Source of the DNA: Carcharhinus amblyrhynchos
Lineage: Eukaryota
Direction: 5' to 3'
DNA: 64,000 nucleotides
Assembly: GCA_965287045.1 (NCBI GenBank)
Contig: OZ336870.1
Coordinates: 41,788,001-41,852,000, forward strand
In this document: one piece after another, positions 24,935 to 38,001 of the stretch
How the letters are laid out: the number at the start of each line of letters is the position of its first letter
How positions within the stretch are numbered: position 1 is the stretch's first letter
The notes under the pieces: model-generated
What the model saw: only the letters and a program-made list of their open reading frames with translations
Told to the model about the DNA's origin: nothing
Database searches by the model: none
Program-made: the position numbers and the translations under genes

Positions 24935-25050
24935 GAAAGGGATTGCAGCAGTTCAAGAAGGCAACTCACCACCACCTTCTGAAGGGCAACTAGGGATGGG
25001 CAATAAAGGTTGGCCGAGCCAGCAATCCTGTAAAATGAGTACTAAAAATG
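24935..25050 (+). mobile_element. LINE family X 3' tail
   Basis: gcagcagttcaagaaggcaactcaccaccaccttctgaagggcaactagggatgggcaataaa. Confidence 0.8.
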
Positions 25051-25061
25051 AAACAATCATA

Positions 25062-25214
25062 GGGTGGGATTTTCCAGCCCTTCCCGCCAGGGGATATTCC
25101 AGTCCCTCCTGTGGCAGGGCAAGTGAGCCACACAAAACACTGTAAACAATGGCCAATGACAAGCCATTTCCATCACCAAAAACATGCCAAAGGGAGGGGT
25201 GGAAAATTCTGCCC
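25062..25214. mobile_element. Short MITE with GGG-starting TIRs
   Basis: gggtgggattttcca ... tggaaaattctgccc. Confidence 0.55.
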
Positions 25215-25455
25215 CACTGAATGATTATAACATGGAAGGAGTCTATTCAGCCCATTATATTCATGCTGGTTCCCTTGATTCACTGACCTTTTCCCTTCAC
25301 CCTGCGTATCTTTACTCTTCACATAATTATCCAATTCCCTTTTGAAAGCCAGGATTGAATCTGCCTCCTCTGCTTTCTTTGGCAGTGCATCCCCGATCCC
25401 ATTCACTGCGTGTAGCTTCCTGCCACCTCCGCTTATTTTGTCAATCTTTTTAAAT

Positions 25456-25690
25456 CACGGTGGCACAGTGGTTAGCACTGCTGCCACACGGTACCAAGCA
25501 CCCAGGTCCGATTCCTAGCTTGGGTCAGTGTCTGTGGAGAGACATGCTGGTTTGGTCCACTGGCCATGCTAAGTTCTCCCTCAGCGTATCTGAACAGGTG
25601 CCAGAGTGTGATGCCGAGGGGATTTTCACATTACAGTATTAATGTAGGCCTACTTGTGACACAGATATATAAACTTTTTAAAAACTTTAA
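25456..25690 (+). mobile_element. V-SINE tail type B with V-domain deleted, inside an old minus-strand CR1 3' end (about 25225-25780)
   Basis: Head cacggtggcacagtggttagc is joined directly to gacatgctggtt...ctccctcagcgta. Confidence 0.8.
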
Positions 25691-27127
25691 ATCAACGTCA
25701 TCTGGGACTCGATTCTTCTGCCAATGGGAACAGTTTTTCCCTGTCTATTCTATACTGACCCCTAATGTGATTAATTGAACCCTCAGACTGCTTATCTTCA
25801 TCTGGCTTCCTCCCTGACTGTTTTCAAAAACATCCTTTTTTTTAACCACTTCACCTTTTCTCCCCCAGAGTAAGAGGGTAATATTTAACTTATGTCAATG
25901 GAAATGAAATTAAACAGGGTGCAGCTGATCTGCCGACTGCCATTTCCAGCCAAGTTAAAGTTTACTCCGTCCATCTTTCCATTTCTCGCTTCCCTTTAAT
26001 GTTTTCTTAGCACTGCTCCTTGTCCTTTTTTGAGGCATTTACTTGGCATGAAAGGCACTTTGGAAATCCAGACTGATATAGAAATGAGTTGGAAACTCAG
26101 GTATACCCGCCGTGTTGCAATTGCCTCAGAAGCTTTGCCTCATGGGGGCCTTCCTGTACAGCGGTACTACCAGTGATGCTGCCAATGGTTGTGATAGGCA
26201 CTAACAAAACGGGCGTGGGACACAGGAGAAGTAAAAATAACAGAATCATAACACCATGCTTATGACAAGGAATGAACTACTCTCATCTCAAATTTGAAGC
26301 TTTGGGAATGAATGGCAAACAATCTATACCCAGATAAAGCCTGTGGCTAAATATTGCATTTTCTTGTACTGGCCTCAAGTATCGTCTAAATTGGTATTCC
26401 CCACACTGAAAGCTCTACAAGATTCTCTGATTATTGGTCTCCTGTACCTTCAATTCATCCTGCGAGATTCTGAGAAGGTTTAACCAAGAGTTAATGGACT
26501 CTGTAGGATGCAAGGATTTAAAGAAAAACTAGACAACCATGGAGAATAAAACTCGAAATAAATCTTTCTCAAATGCTTAATGCAAAATAAAACTGTCTGT
26601 AGTTTAATGTGGGTTTGGAACATGTGACTATGGAGCTGACAGCTTTCTCTCCAACCAAAGCTGAACCAGGGCATGATGGAAGCACTGGGGAGGATCATGG
26701 CTTAAGTTCTGACATTTGTTCAGAAGCTGGTGAAAATTCCCCAGGAAGCTTGACCCTTGTTGAATGCTTCAATTTGTGAGATGTAGAGATAAGTTGGAAA
26801 AAAGTATTTTCGCTTTTACAAATGACTACTCTGCCCCAATTCCAGTAGCTACTCTAATCATCATTCTGGCATTCAACTGCCTCTGGGTCCATCATGCGAA
26901 CATGTGGATTAGGAGCAGGAATAGTATCCTTTTGAGAGATGAGATAGAGAAATCCTGCGTTTGAGGGTTTGAACAATGAACACTCACTGCAGCATCAGAA
27001 ACGTTTGTCTCTCATTGTACGTCCATTAATGAACTGAACGTGCTGCAACGTTTGCTACAAACTGATTGATTTGGTTGTACGACACAATAATGGCTTTTTT
27101 GTCTCACTGGGGTTGGGGTTTTTTGAT

Positions 27128-27969
27128 TGTAACGGAATATGGGGTGTAGCCAAACGAGCATCTAAAATGGCGGTTTGTAAAGCACTCTGGGACAATTGGG
27201 CAAGAAGCTAAACCGACAGGCTGCAGTTTAAAGACAGAGACAAACAGGCTGCAACCCTGACCAGTGAATAAACAGGATATGGGTCATCTCCAGAATGAAA
27301 GGGACTTTACAGTCACACTGCTTGTTTCATCTCCAGGATGAAAGGGACTTTCTGGTCACACTGGGTTGTGTACCAGACATCAGGGCACTGTGAACCCTTC
27401 CTTAGGAGGGACGTATGTGACCTATGTGCTTCCAGCACCTACAGACATGGCCGCTAGGGACACACCCAGAGATCACTGTGGTAGCACCTAATTGGCTTCT
27501 TATCGATCAGGGGGATCAAGTCCTGATCAATTGATTGGCAATGGCCAAAAAGGGGCGTGAAACCAAACGGAGTATAAAGGCTGCTGCACGACCAGGAATC
27601 TCTCTCTCTGACCCCACAAATGAGCTACAACAATGGTGACCATCGCCAGCGACAACCAGCATGAGGAGAGCCACCATACCTGAGAAGGAAGGAAGGAAGA
27701 CCAGAGCCAGAGTGCCAGACCAGACCAAAGGACCAGGCTACACAGACGACTACCAAGACCAGTGCACAGATAAAGGCCAATATCTGCTTGCCAATCATGC
27801 AAAGTTAAGTCAAGGTCTCGTATTGGACTTGAACTTTAGTATTTTCCTGTAAGATAACTTATTGTTGGTCGGGTGGGTGATTATTGATTGTGTGGGTTTA
27901 AATAAATATTGGTTGTACTAATAAGATGTCTACTAGTGGTTATTTGTCCACCGTATTAGGGTTAAAACA
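27128..27969 (+). mobile_element. Solo LTR, about 840 bp, ERV-like
   Basis: TGTAAC...AAAACA termini, reverse CCAAT at 27534, GC box at 27552, TATAAA at 27573 and AATAAA at 27901, with an internal 43-bp direct repeat. The TSD is not clean (tgat vs gact). Confidence 0.75.
27284..27363 (+). promoter_or_regulatory. Duplicated LTR enhancer with two NF-kB-like sites
   Basis: GGGACTTTAC at 27301 and GGGACTTTCT at 27344, each one mismatch from GGGACTTTCC. Confidence 0.45.
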
Positions 27970-28550
27970 GACTGTGCGGGAGGCAACGGGGGTCAAGAAA
28001 AATCAAATCAAAATGACAAAATTAAAATAAAGGGAGAAAAATCAAAGCATAAAGATTCCACAGAATCAGAGATGGGAGCCAGTGACTGCTGATGGACCAG
28101 GTTCATTGGAACATAACTTGCAGACAGTTTAGCCAGACAGAATTCCATTGTTAGTAGCGCGGCCATTTTATTCCATCATTATTGTTTGTAGAATGATCTT
28201 AAACCGTCAGCACTGCAGAATACAAACCCTCCCCTGTCTATAATGATGTTGGAGGTCCTTATCAGAACTGAGAAATGATGGCATCTCTTTGGTATTAATG
28301 AGGGATACATGCTGCCAACTCGTCACTGTGTTATTCCATAAGATTGTTTGATATCTTTTTGATTTCCTTTTGGAATATTTCATTTTTGCTCATGCTAGTT
28401 GTGATGATGTCTCAATTTTAAAAGATAGCCATTGTCATTAGTATTTATTAGATTTGAGCAGATCTCTTTTGGCATTACTCTGGTAGTTGGTACACAGAAT
28501 ATTACAGCAGATGTAGCGGCCGCGATTTCACGGCTGCATTGCACATTGCA

Positions 28551-28727
28551 CAGTAAAAAGTCTGACAACACCAGGTTTTAGTCCAACCGATTTATTTGGT
28601 AATACTCACAAGCTTTCGAGGGGACTGCCTCTTCAAATAAATCGGTTGGACTAAAACCTGGTGTTGTCAGACTTTTTACTGTATTTACGCCAGTCCAACG
28701 CCGGCATTCCCACATCATGACTACTAT
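28551..28727. mobile_element. Penelope-like hairpin element inside a MITE-like repeat (about 28516-29040)
   Basis: Perfect 48-bp arms at 28551-28598 and 28634-28681, tail on the right, TSD ttgcacat(t/c)gcac. Confidence 0.85.
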
Positions 28728-29222
28728 TTGCACATCGCACCCAGTGCAGAGTGGGTTAGAGTGGAGTGTGGCGGGATGTAACGTCATGTTGGCAAGAGGG
28801 GCATTCTGTACTTGGGAGATCATTTGGCAGAGAAGCCCTTTGGATACATTTAAATGTATTTACACGCATTTAAATGAGGTCCCTGCCTTTTTGGGCGGGA
28901 ATTTTGTTGCAGCAACAGGGAAGGGCAGGGATAATCTTTGAATGAGATCTTGCTTCGAGATTCTTGTTCCCACAGTGTCACAGGATTTTCTGGTATCATC
29001 ACCATTTTCATCTGCGGTGAACGCCGGAGGAAAATCCCCCTCCCTCCATATTTTTTCCTGCCCCAAAGATGTTTCCCTTGGGTTTTTTACAGCAGTGTCC
29101 GGAGATTATCTTCTATTTCTGCAGAGTTCAATGTCCTCCAGGAGCTGGGTTGGCTACTCTACAGATTTTTGGCAGGAACCATGGCCACCCCATTCATATT
29201 TCAGTTGATTTGGGTGCAAGCC

Positions 29223-29487
29223 CATAGAACCATTAAATCGCTACAGTGTAGAAGGAGGCCATTTGGTCCATCAAGTCTGCACCAACTCTTCAAAAGAGCA
29301 CCTTACCCAGGCCCGCCCTTCCACCCTATGCCTGTAACCCTGCACATTTACCATGTCTAGTCTAGACCTGCACATCTTTGAACACTAAGAGGCAACTTAG
29401 CATGACCAATCCACCTAACTTAGACATTTTCAGACTGTGGGAGGAAACCGGAGCATCCAAAGGAAACCCATGCTGACATGGGTAGAA
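29223..29487 (-). mobile_element. HE1 V-SINE lacking its head
   Basis: agaaggaggccatttggtccatcaagtctgcacc...gactgtgggaggaaaccggagc. Confidence 0.85.
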
Positions 29488-30330
29488 GGCATAGTAGGCG
29501 GAACTTTTTCATCCTGCTTGCCATGGGAATCGTAGCGAGCGGGGCAATAAATTTGGTGGATTATGCCGAGGTCAGTTGATCTCGGGCAGGAATTTCCGGT
29601 CTTGGGGCGAGCGTGGCCAAAAAATCTTGCCTGGTGAATCAGAAGATCTTTAACCGTAGCTCATATGCTCCTGTCTAGAAAGCAGGTAATCACAAGCCTC
29701 CCATGTTAAACTTTCGATGGGACAGTGTTCCATTTATATTAATGGAGAAAAATGAGTTTCAAAAACAGCACACTTAATCAGAGTAGCCACTTAACAGGTA
29801 ATGGAATACACTGTACTCTCAATTGACCTTCCTGCAACATGGCATTAATGACTAGATCCCCACTGGGCCTTTACGTTTGTGTGTGTTTCTGCAGCATCCT
29901 TCACAGTTTCATTTATTTTTGTATTGACACAAGTACTTAAAATCAAAGAATTGCTTTGACATAACACCATATTGTGATGCAAAATCAGTGTACGACATTT
30001 AATTAAAGGCCACAATTCCCATCATTGCCATAGAAACAGTACTTATGCTCTATTTCAGCAGCCATCTTTCCTGAACATTAATGTACTGAATGTCGTTTAT
30101 TAATACTTTATGATGAGGCCCATGCATATTAATTAAAATGTGCATTTTGACATTTAATAGACAATGCTATGCAATTATATTCAACATTATTAAAGCAACA
30201 TAAAGAGCACTTAGGGGATGGTAAATGTAACAGTAAATCACATGAGCCTTGAACATCAATGCAATATTATTTTAAGTAACTTAATCAAGTTTTTATTAAG
30301 AGCTAAGAGTAATAAGATATACCTTACAGA

Positions 30331-31290
30331 TTAGGAACATAGGAACAGGAGGAACAGGCCATTCACCCCTCAAGCCTGTTTCAAAATTCACTTGAATATT
30401 GGCTGAATATTTTCAACTATATCTCCCATCTTTGACACTGTATTCCTTGAAACCCTCGGCAAACAAAAATCTATCAATCTCAGTCTTGAAAACTCACTTC
30501 AGCATCCTTTTGGGGAAGAGACTTCCAGATTTCCACCTCCCTTTGTATTAAAAAAGAGATTCCTGATTTTCCTTTGATATGGCTGAGCACAAATTTACGT
30601 CCAGTTGTTCTGGATTTCCCCTCCAAAGGAAATGTTTCTTGCTGCGTCTAGCCTATTATTATTTTTTCACACTTCCATGAAATCACCTTGAAACATCAAG
30701 GCAATACACATTAAGCTTATGTAGCCCAATCCCCTAATTTAACCCTTTAATCCCCACTGTCAATGTTATGAACGTGCACAATAGATATTCCTCCGTTTCT
30801 TCACCCCACCCCAAATTGCAGGGCAATATCTATTATTTGAATTTTGGTGGCTGAACCTGAATGCAGAGCTCCAGCTGAGGATCCGACAAAGCATCGCTTA
30901 CTTGCTTTTGCATTCCAACCCACTTCAGAGGAAAGCCAACATTCTCTTTGCCTTTTTGGTCATGTTTCTGTTCCCATGCTGCAGATTTTGGTGAACAGCC
31001 CACACTGACACCCAAATCCCTTTTCTTTCTCCACTTTCTGCTAATGAACTCCCCTTACCATAGCCTTGCCCAATCATATGAACCACCTTCATCCCTTTGT
31101 AACTTTCTGTTTCACTCTACACAACTTACTGTGGCTCCCAGTTGGCTGATCTATAGCTCCACTCCAGTTACCTGCCTTTGCTCTGTATCTCTTGATATCT
31201 TTAACAAAAAAAAGCATCAATCTCAGCATTCATTACAAGTTTCAACTGACCCACCAACTATATCTTTCTAGATCTCTGGATCTTCATTAC
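30331..31290 (-). mobile_element. Old CR1 LINE fragments
   Basis: 3' UTR aggaacataggaacaggagg...aggccattcacccctcaagcctg, followed by degenerate RT-like sequence. Confidence 0.65.
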
Positions 31291-31355
31291 CATTTATGGA
31301 AAAAGTTGATCTGGACCATTTTTTGTGCCATTCATGCATTGCTGAATAGTTTTTG

Positions 31356-32246
31356 GGCAGCATGATGATATAGTGCTTAGCACTGCTGCCTCACTCAGCC
31401 AAAGCCCAGTTTTAAGAAGCTTTAAAAAGCTTTAAGAAAGTCCACCAATGCCTCTACTTTCTGAGAAGACTAAGTAAATTTGGCATGTCATCTATGACTC
31501 TCACCAACTTTTACAGATGCACCAGAGAAAGCATTCTTTCTGGTTGTATCACAGCTTGGTATGACTCCTGCTCTGCCCAAGACCGCAAGAAACTACAAAA
31601 GGTCATGAATGTAGCCCCAATCCATCACACAAACCAGTCTCTCATCCATTGAGTCTGTCTAAACTTCCTTGGAAAAGCAGCCAGCACAATTAATAACCCC
31701 ATACACCTCTCTTCCACTTTCTTCAGTCAGGAAAAAGATACATAAGTCTGTCATGTACCAACTGACTCAACAGCTTCTTCCTTGCTGCTGTCAGACTTTT
31801 GAATGGACTATCCTGTATTAAGTTGATCTTTCTCGACACCCTAACTATAACTGTAACACTACATGCTGCACTCTCTCATTTCTTTCTCTATGAACAGTCT
31901 GCTTTGTTTGTATAGCGAGCAAGCAACAATACTTTTCACTGTATGGTAATACATATGACAATAGTAAATCAAATCAAAATCAAATCAAAGATCCAGGTTC
32001 CATTCCCGGCTTAATTCATTGCCTGTGTGGAGTTTGCACATTCTCCCCATGTCTGCATGGGTTTCCTCTGGGTGCTCTGGTTTCCTCCCACAGTCTGAAA
32101 GACGTGCTGGTTAGGGGCTCTGGTCATTCTACATTCTCCCTAAGTGTAGCCAAACAGGTGTTGGAGTGTGATGACTCGGGGATTTTCACAATAACTTCAT
32201 TGCAGTGTTAATGTAAGCCTAACATTAATAAATAAACTTAAACTTG
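31356..32246 (+). mobile_element. V-SINE tail type B split by a Rex1 insertion
   Basis: Head at 31356-31409. The body resumes at about 31989 with gatccaggttccattcccggc and ends aataaataaactt. Confidence 0.8.
31434..31988 (+). mobile_element. Rex1/Babar LINE 3' end
   Basis: KKVHQCLYFLRRLSKFGMSSMTLTNFYRCTRESILSGCITAWY is the diagnostic Rex1 C-terminus. It ends in (aaatc)n. Confidence 0.9.
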
Positions 32247-32487
32247 AAGGAACAAATTAGCAGCTCTGTGGTGATTGTCCCTTTAAAGACAATCCAGAAG
32301 AAGAAGGTCACCTGACTTGAGGGACCAATTGGAACTGAGAGTGGGTAATCACCCCAGGGGTGAAGTTCGATCTTGGATAAAAGACAGTTTGAAGACATGT
32401 AGACAATTTGTCGGGACTGGGGCAGCTGGGGGGCTGTCTGCCTCCGTACAGTTCTTCCTTATTAATAAATACCATTGTGTCTCTGAT

Positions 32488-32812
32488 AATCCACAGAATC
32501 CATAAAATCCACAGAAGGAGGCCATTTGGCCCATCAAGTCTGCACCAAGCATAATCCCATCCAGGCCCTATCCCCATAACCATTTGCATTTATCCTAGTT
32601 AGTCACCCTGACACTAAACGGCAATTTAGCATGACCAATCAACCTAACCTGCACATCTTTGAACTGTGGGAGGAAATAGGAACACCCAAAGGAAACCGAC
32701 ACAGACACAGGGAGAATGTACACACTCCACACAGTGACCCAAGTTGGGAATCAAACTAATCTCCCTGGTGCTGTGAGGCAGAAATGCTAATCACTGTGCC
32801 ACCGTGCCGCCC
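32488..32812 (-). mobile_element. HE1 V-SINE, full length
   Basis: Tail through head ...ctgtgaggcagaaatgctaatcactgtgccaccgtgccgccc. Confidence 0.9.
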
Positions 32813-33811
32813 TGTAAATTTGCATCTTTACAAGTTCCATGTGCTAAATCATATGTGCTGCTATGGTCCCTGTGCCCCCCTGGCTCCCCACATGGGGAGC
32901 CCATCCATGTCAGAATGGCCATTCAGGTAGTTTTTGCATGATCAATTAGCCATTAGTAGAATGGAGGCAGAATTCCTACCCTGCATAGGCAGAAAGTCTT
33001 GCCTCAAAGAACGATTGGCCAATTGAGGCTGATAGTTCTTGATGTACTGGTATTGGCAGCAGGGGCGGTGGCCACTGTCTGTACTGGACTTGGGCAGTGT
33101 TGAGATGAGCTACGATGGATTGGAACCAAATGTTTGGAAGTTGGTCAAAGGGGTGGAGACGATATTTGAGAGGTCATGTGGGGAAAGACAAATTCGGAGA
33201 GGGCCAGTCAAAGCAAACTCGGACAGGGCCCAATACCAGCCCTGAAGGAAACCTGCCAGGCCTACTACTTTGCATGGGCCTCATCCACAGCCAGTGGACA
33301 TTAACTGAAGGCCTTAATTGGCCCAGATGTATAATTGCAGTGGAGACAGGGGCAAGCAGGTATGCAGTGGGCAGGCCTAGTTTTAGTTGGATTTAACTTG
33401 GTACCCGCCTTCAAGCCCACTGGAGGAGGAGTGTTAAATTCAAGCCCATATTTCTGTAGCAGAATTTCAAACACCAAATGCAATCCAACAGTGAAAGAAG
33501 CTGACACTGTTTGATATAATGACTACCACTATAAGTGGACAGGGTATCAGAGCTGATAGGGCCATTGAGTGAGGGAAGAGTTCAGGTTGGGAAACCCTAA
33601 TGATACACTTGTTTGCATGGTGTAGAGCATTTTGATACAAATGGATTCCATATCTAGAAGCCAGCCTGATTAAAAGGCTTGGCTGCTTGCCAGCTGAGTA
33701 ATGCTCCATAATATACCCTTTTGTGGGGGTTGGGATTAGATATTGCTGGGTCATAGTTGAGTGCATAGAGTGTAGCTAGATGGCAGGGGATAGGGCTGGT
33801 CAGTGGGCAGG

Positions 33812-33943
33812 ATGATGTGGGTATGCCGGCGTTGGACTGGCGTAAACACAGTAAAAAGTCTGACAACACCAGGTTTTAGTCCAACCTATTTGTTATCAAA
33901 TAAATAGGTTGGACTAAAACCTGGTGTTGTCAGACTTTTTACT
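33812..33943. mobile_element. Minimal Penelope-like hairpin element
   Basis: Perfect 42-bp arms at 33850-33891 and 33902-33943, a 38-bp tail, and a perfect 13-bp duplication agtgggcaggatg at 33802 and 33944. Confidence 0.85.
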
Positions 33944-34260
33944 AGTGGGCAGGATGTCAGAAAAGATTGTTGAATGTTTGTTGGGGGCAGAAACTGTATG
34001 GGGAGAGGCAGAGATTATGTGGGAGTGCTGGAGATTCAGAAAGAAAGTTGGAGGTCATGGGAAGATTGACAATGAAGAGGTTGGAATATAAGAGGAGGGA
34101 GCAGAGAGATTATAGTGGGAGTGAGGGAATGGTGGTTATATATTAGCTAATTGACCTTGGGAAACACTCCCCTTATTCTTGAGCCACAAGAGATGCGGTA
34201 GCAATCTTATGGATCCAGTCCTTCTCACCAGCCTTAACTGGTGAAATTCTTAGCCCATAT

Positions 34261-34557
34261 TCATAGAAGCATAGAATCCCTACAGTGCAGAAAGAGACCA
34301 TTTAGCCCGTCTGCTGCACTGACAGCAATCCCTATTCCTCACAACTCCAATATTTACCCTGCTAGTATTTACCCAACACTAAGGGGCGATTTAGCATGGC
34401 CAATCAACCTAACTGGCTCATCTTTGGACTGTGGGAGGAAACCGGAGCACCCAGAGGAAACATGTGCATACTCCAAACAGACAGTCAGCCAAGGCTGGAT
34501 TTGAATCCAGGTCAACCATGGTGGCACATTGCTGAACCATCATGCCACCATGCCGCC
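34261..34557 (-). mobile_element. HE1 V-SINE
   Basis: atagaatccctacagtgcagaa...ggactgtgggaggaaaccggagcacccagaggaaac. Confidence 0.85.
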
Positions 34558-35898
34558 ACACTGGGGAAAAGACAGAAATCGTACTAAAGTGAAGGTACAC
34601 AGCCTCCTTCAGACCAAATGACTAGTTCACCTCCTGATAGAGTATTAGTTGCCTGTCACTCAATCAACCATTGTTACACATGGGTGGATTTAAGGTGAGT
34701 TGTGTCCCTGCTTTAGATTTTTAACCATTTACCCACCAGTTTAAAGGCGGTTAAACGCAACCCTAATATTAAATCTTTTATGATCAATTCAATCTATAAA
34801 AGACTGACATGAATATTCACAGTCAGAGATGTTTTTAAAATGGGGTCAAATATCTTCATTTTCAAACGTTAAAAGGAAAGGAGCAAGAAGAGATTTTTAT
34901 TTTAGTTTTCCATTCACTTTAAATTCCTTTGGTTTCCTTTCTCCTTACTCTTTTTTTCAGTTTTCAAATTTTAGGTAAGGATTTTTTTTCTTCATTTATG
35001 GGCTTTCTTCTGTGGTTATATAACACATCAGCAGGATAAACTCTCCTGAATGTTTAATGGGATGTCTTTTTAGCATTTAGCCACAGGTACTTATCTACAA
35101 CCCTTGACTGATTGCAAGATTCTATCAATTGGACTGGAATCCTTTTTATAGTGAAATCATTTACCACAACAGAACTTCCTTATATTAGTCACTGGCTGAC
35201 TGAGTGTCACTGATCAAAATGGATTATGCAGCAAATTTGGCAGCTAGCAAGCAGTGAGACCTACTTTAATGTTATTTCAAAGTAAAAATGACAAAATTTC
35301 TGACGATTTCTTCTTCGTCAGAGTTTGGGTCATATCAGAGAAATTGCCATCCTGATCATTTCTGTTACTGAGCTGGAACCAATCCTTTTGCAACATGGTT
35401 GCATTCATCGGGAATCTATATCTGATTGGATCCATGTGCACCCAGTAGACCCCAGTTAGACTGCCAGTTTCAATATGTGTGTGCCATGCTCTGCCCACAT
35501 GCTGGATACATTTTTAATTGGTCAGTGGAGAATCAATGGTGCTGCTAACCATGAAGAAAGCTGCCCACAGAGGTTGAACAACTTACGATTTAAGCTTACA
35601 TCTTAGATGCTCCAATCATTTATTTCACTATATCTAAATATTTACAATTAAAAATGAAAGGAGTCACTGTATTTCCTTCATAGGTTGCTAACTGTAAGAG
35701 TTATTTCATTGTGATTGGCTGCTTACCCTGTTTGATGGAAGTCTGGAGATCACCTTGACTTGGTGACAAAAGCAAACTGATGTTGGGAAAGGGGGAAATC
35801 AGAGACACCTGGAAACATGGCAGCCAGGTCCACTTAATCATAGAAGAAACACTGTGTCAGTTTCTCAATGGCAGTAAAGCCTCCCATGATTAAATCCG

Positions 35899-36095
35899 GA
35901 TATGGAGATGCCAGCATTGGACTGGGCTGAGCACAGTAAGAAGTCTCATAACACCAGGTTAAAGTCCAAAAGGTTTACTTGGTTTCACAAACTTTCAGAG
36001 TGCTGCTCCTTCATCAGGTGAGTGGAGTCACCTGATGCAGGAACAGTGCTCTGAAAGCTTATTGGACTTTAACCTGGTGCTGTGAGACTTCATAT
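35899..36095. mobile_element. Penelope-like hairpin element
   Basis: Tail plus inverted arms, hammerhead-like cores at 35991-36018 (-) and 36031-36060 (+), and TSD catgattaaatc at 35885 and 36096. Confidence 0.85.
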
Positions 36096-36780
36096 CATGA
36101 TTAAATCAGAGGGTGAAAGGGGCTGGCACAAGATTCTTGACTGTTGACTTATTAATGAGCGAATTGACACTCATTATCTTTGAGCTTATTGCAATTTAGT
36201 GTTGGCTCAGGGACTGAATGCCTCCCTATTCCTCATGAAGACTGTCCAAAAATGCCTATGCCTGAACAAGAGTCCTGACCTTCGGAGGGCAGGGGTGTGG
36301 GGGGGTGGGGGGATTGGGGAGTTGGGAGTTCTCACTGAATTTCAACCCTCTGTCCCAGCCTACTCTCCCCTCTGCAGACTGTGCCTCACAATCCAATCTC
36401 ATGATCCCCATCCCACTCTCACTCACCTTTAGTTGGGGGCTTCACAATGACCCTCGGCCTCTGGTGGGTGCATTGCCTCCAGCTGCCACTGCTCTTGCTG
36501 GCACTGGCAGCATGAGGCGCTGCAGGCCTCTGATTGACAGTTTCCAGCGATGAGATCTCTACCACTGAGGAATTCAGTCACAGGGGAGACCCAATGCTGG
36601 TCATGTAGGTGCCTGAAGGGTTCTTGACTCCACAAGGCCCACTCCATGGAGCTGATGGGGACTCCCCTCCAATTCTCCAACTGGTAGTTGAGCTCCCCCC
36701 TTGACCTAACAGAATGTGGGTCATAGTTATAGCTCATTCACCAAGGTGTAACTTCATCAAGGGTTCTTACAATTAGAGTC

Positions 36781-36946
36781 CTAGAATCATAGAATCCATA
36801 CAGTGCAGAAGGAGTCCATTCAGCCCAACGAGTCCACATCCCTCCTAGGCCCTATTCACGTAACCCACACATTTATCCTACTAATGCCCCTGACACTAGG
36901 ATCAATTTAGCATGCTCAATCAACCGAACCTACACACCTTTGGACT
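36781..36946 (-). mobile_element. HE1 V-SINE 3' part
   Basis: tagaatcatagaatccatacagtgcagaagg...caatttagcatg. Confidence 0.85.
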
Positions 36947-37357
36947 AATTAGACTAAGAGCATAAGAGTGAAAGTCCTCGCCAGCTCAATGTTTTGATTG
37001 CAACCTGAAGAGACCACAACAGGGCACCCTCTGTAAATGCACAGTATCACTGATAGAAACTACGCATGTTCAGAAGTTGTTGTCAGTGTCAGGAGAGTGG
37101 TGATGATGAAACTTGACCTTTCTGCCATTACCTGTGTCGAATCCGACACAGTTTTAGCCAAAGTTTCAGCAAAGTTTTGACAAGATAACTGAAGTTTATA
37201 AATCCTAAGCCTTTAAATGGACAAGCTGTTTGCTTCACACGGTTTCCATCTTTATCACCACTTTGAGATGATTGGAATGGTCTCAATCCACCTGTCTACC
37301 CTTGAGTTTACTAACAGGAGTCTGGAAAATGTACAGTGTATACCAAAAAGGAACCAT

Positions 37358-37467
37358 GGGTGGGATTTTCTGGCCCTGACAGCAGTGGGCATCATCACAG
37401 GTGGGACAGATAGATTTGGCAAGCATGCAGCAATGCCCGCTGATGTCAGGACCAGAAAATCCCGCTC
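37358..37467. mobile_element. Short MITE
   Basis: TIRs gggtgggattttctgg and ccagaaaatcccgctc, flanked by cat and tat. Confidence 0.6.
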
Positions 37468-37608
37468 TATAGCAATTCATCTCATCCAGTGGATTATTTT
37501 TGGAATGAAAATACCATCCTTATTTAGACAAAGTCAGCACCCAGTTTGGTTACAACAAAGTCCCCCACGTAAAGTAGTAACGTAAAAGTAAAGTAACATT
37601 AAAGAGAG

Positions 37609-37783
37609 GTTTATTTATTCATCACAAGTAAGGCTTACATTAACACTGCAATGAAGTTACTATGAAATTCCCCTAGTCGCCACACTCAGGCACCTATTCG
37701 GGTCAATGAATCTAGCCAGCACATCTTTCAGAACGTGGGAGGAAACTCAGGCAGACACAGGGAGAATGTGCAAACTCTACACA
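37609..37783 (-). mobile_element. V-SINE tail type B
   Basis: cacaagtaaggcttacattaacactgcaatgaagttac...ggagaatgtgcaaactc. Confidence 0.85.
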
Positions 37784-37874
37784 AAATGCTGGTGTTAGGT
37801 GGAAGGAGAACTGTTGACCAGAACACTCTGAAGCTCCCCTGGGGTTAGATCTGTCAGCTTGATAGGACTTTGGT

Positions 37875-38001
37875 TAGCATCTCATCCACAAAACACTTCT
37901 AACAATCCCTTCCCACTTTGCTAAAGTGTCAGTCTGAATTATACATTGAAGCCTGTGGTAAGGCTTGAACCTCTAACTTACTCCCAGCTGAGCCAAGCTG
38001 T
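37875..38001 (-). mobile_element. DeuSINE head fragment, old
   Basis: catctcatcc...gtgtcagtctg...ggcttgaacc...ctgagccaagctg. Confidence 0.5.
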
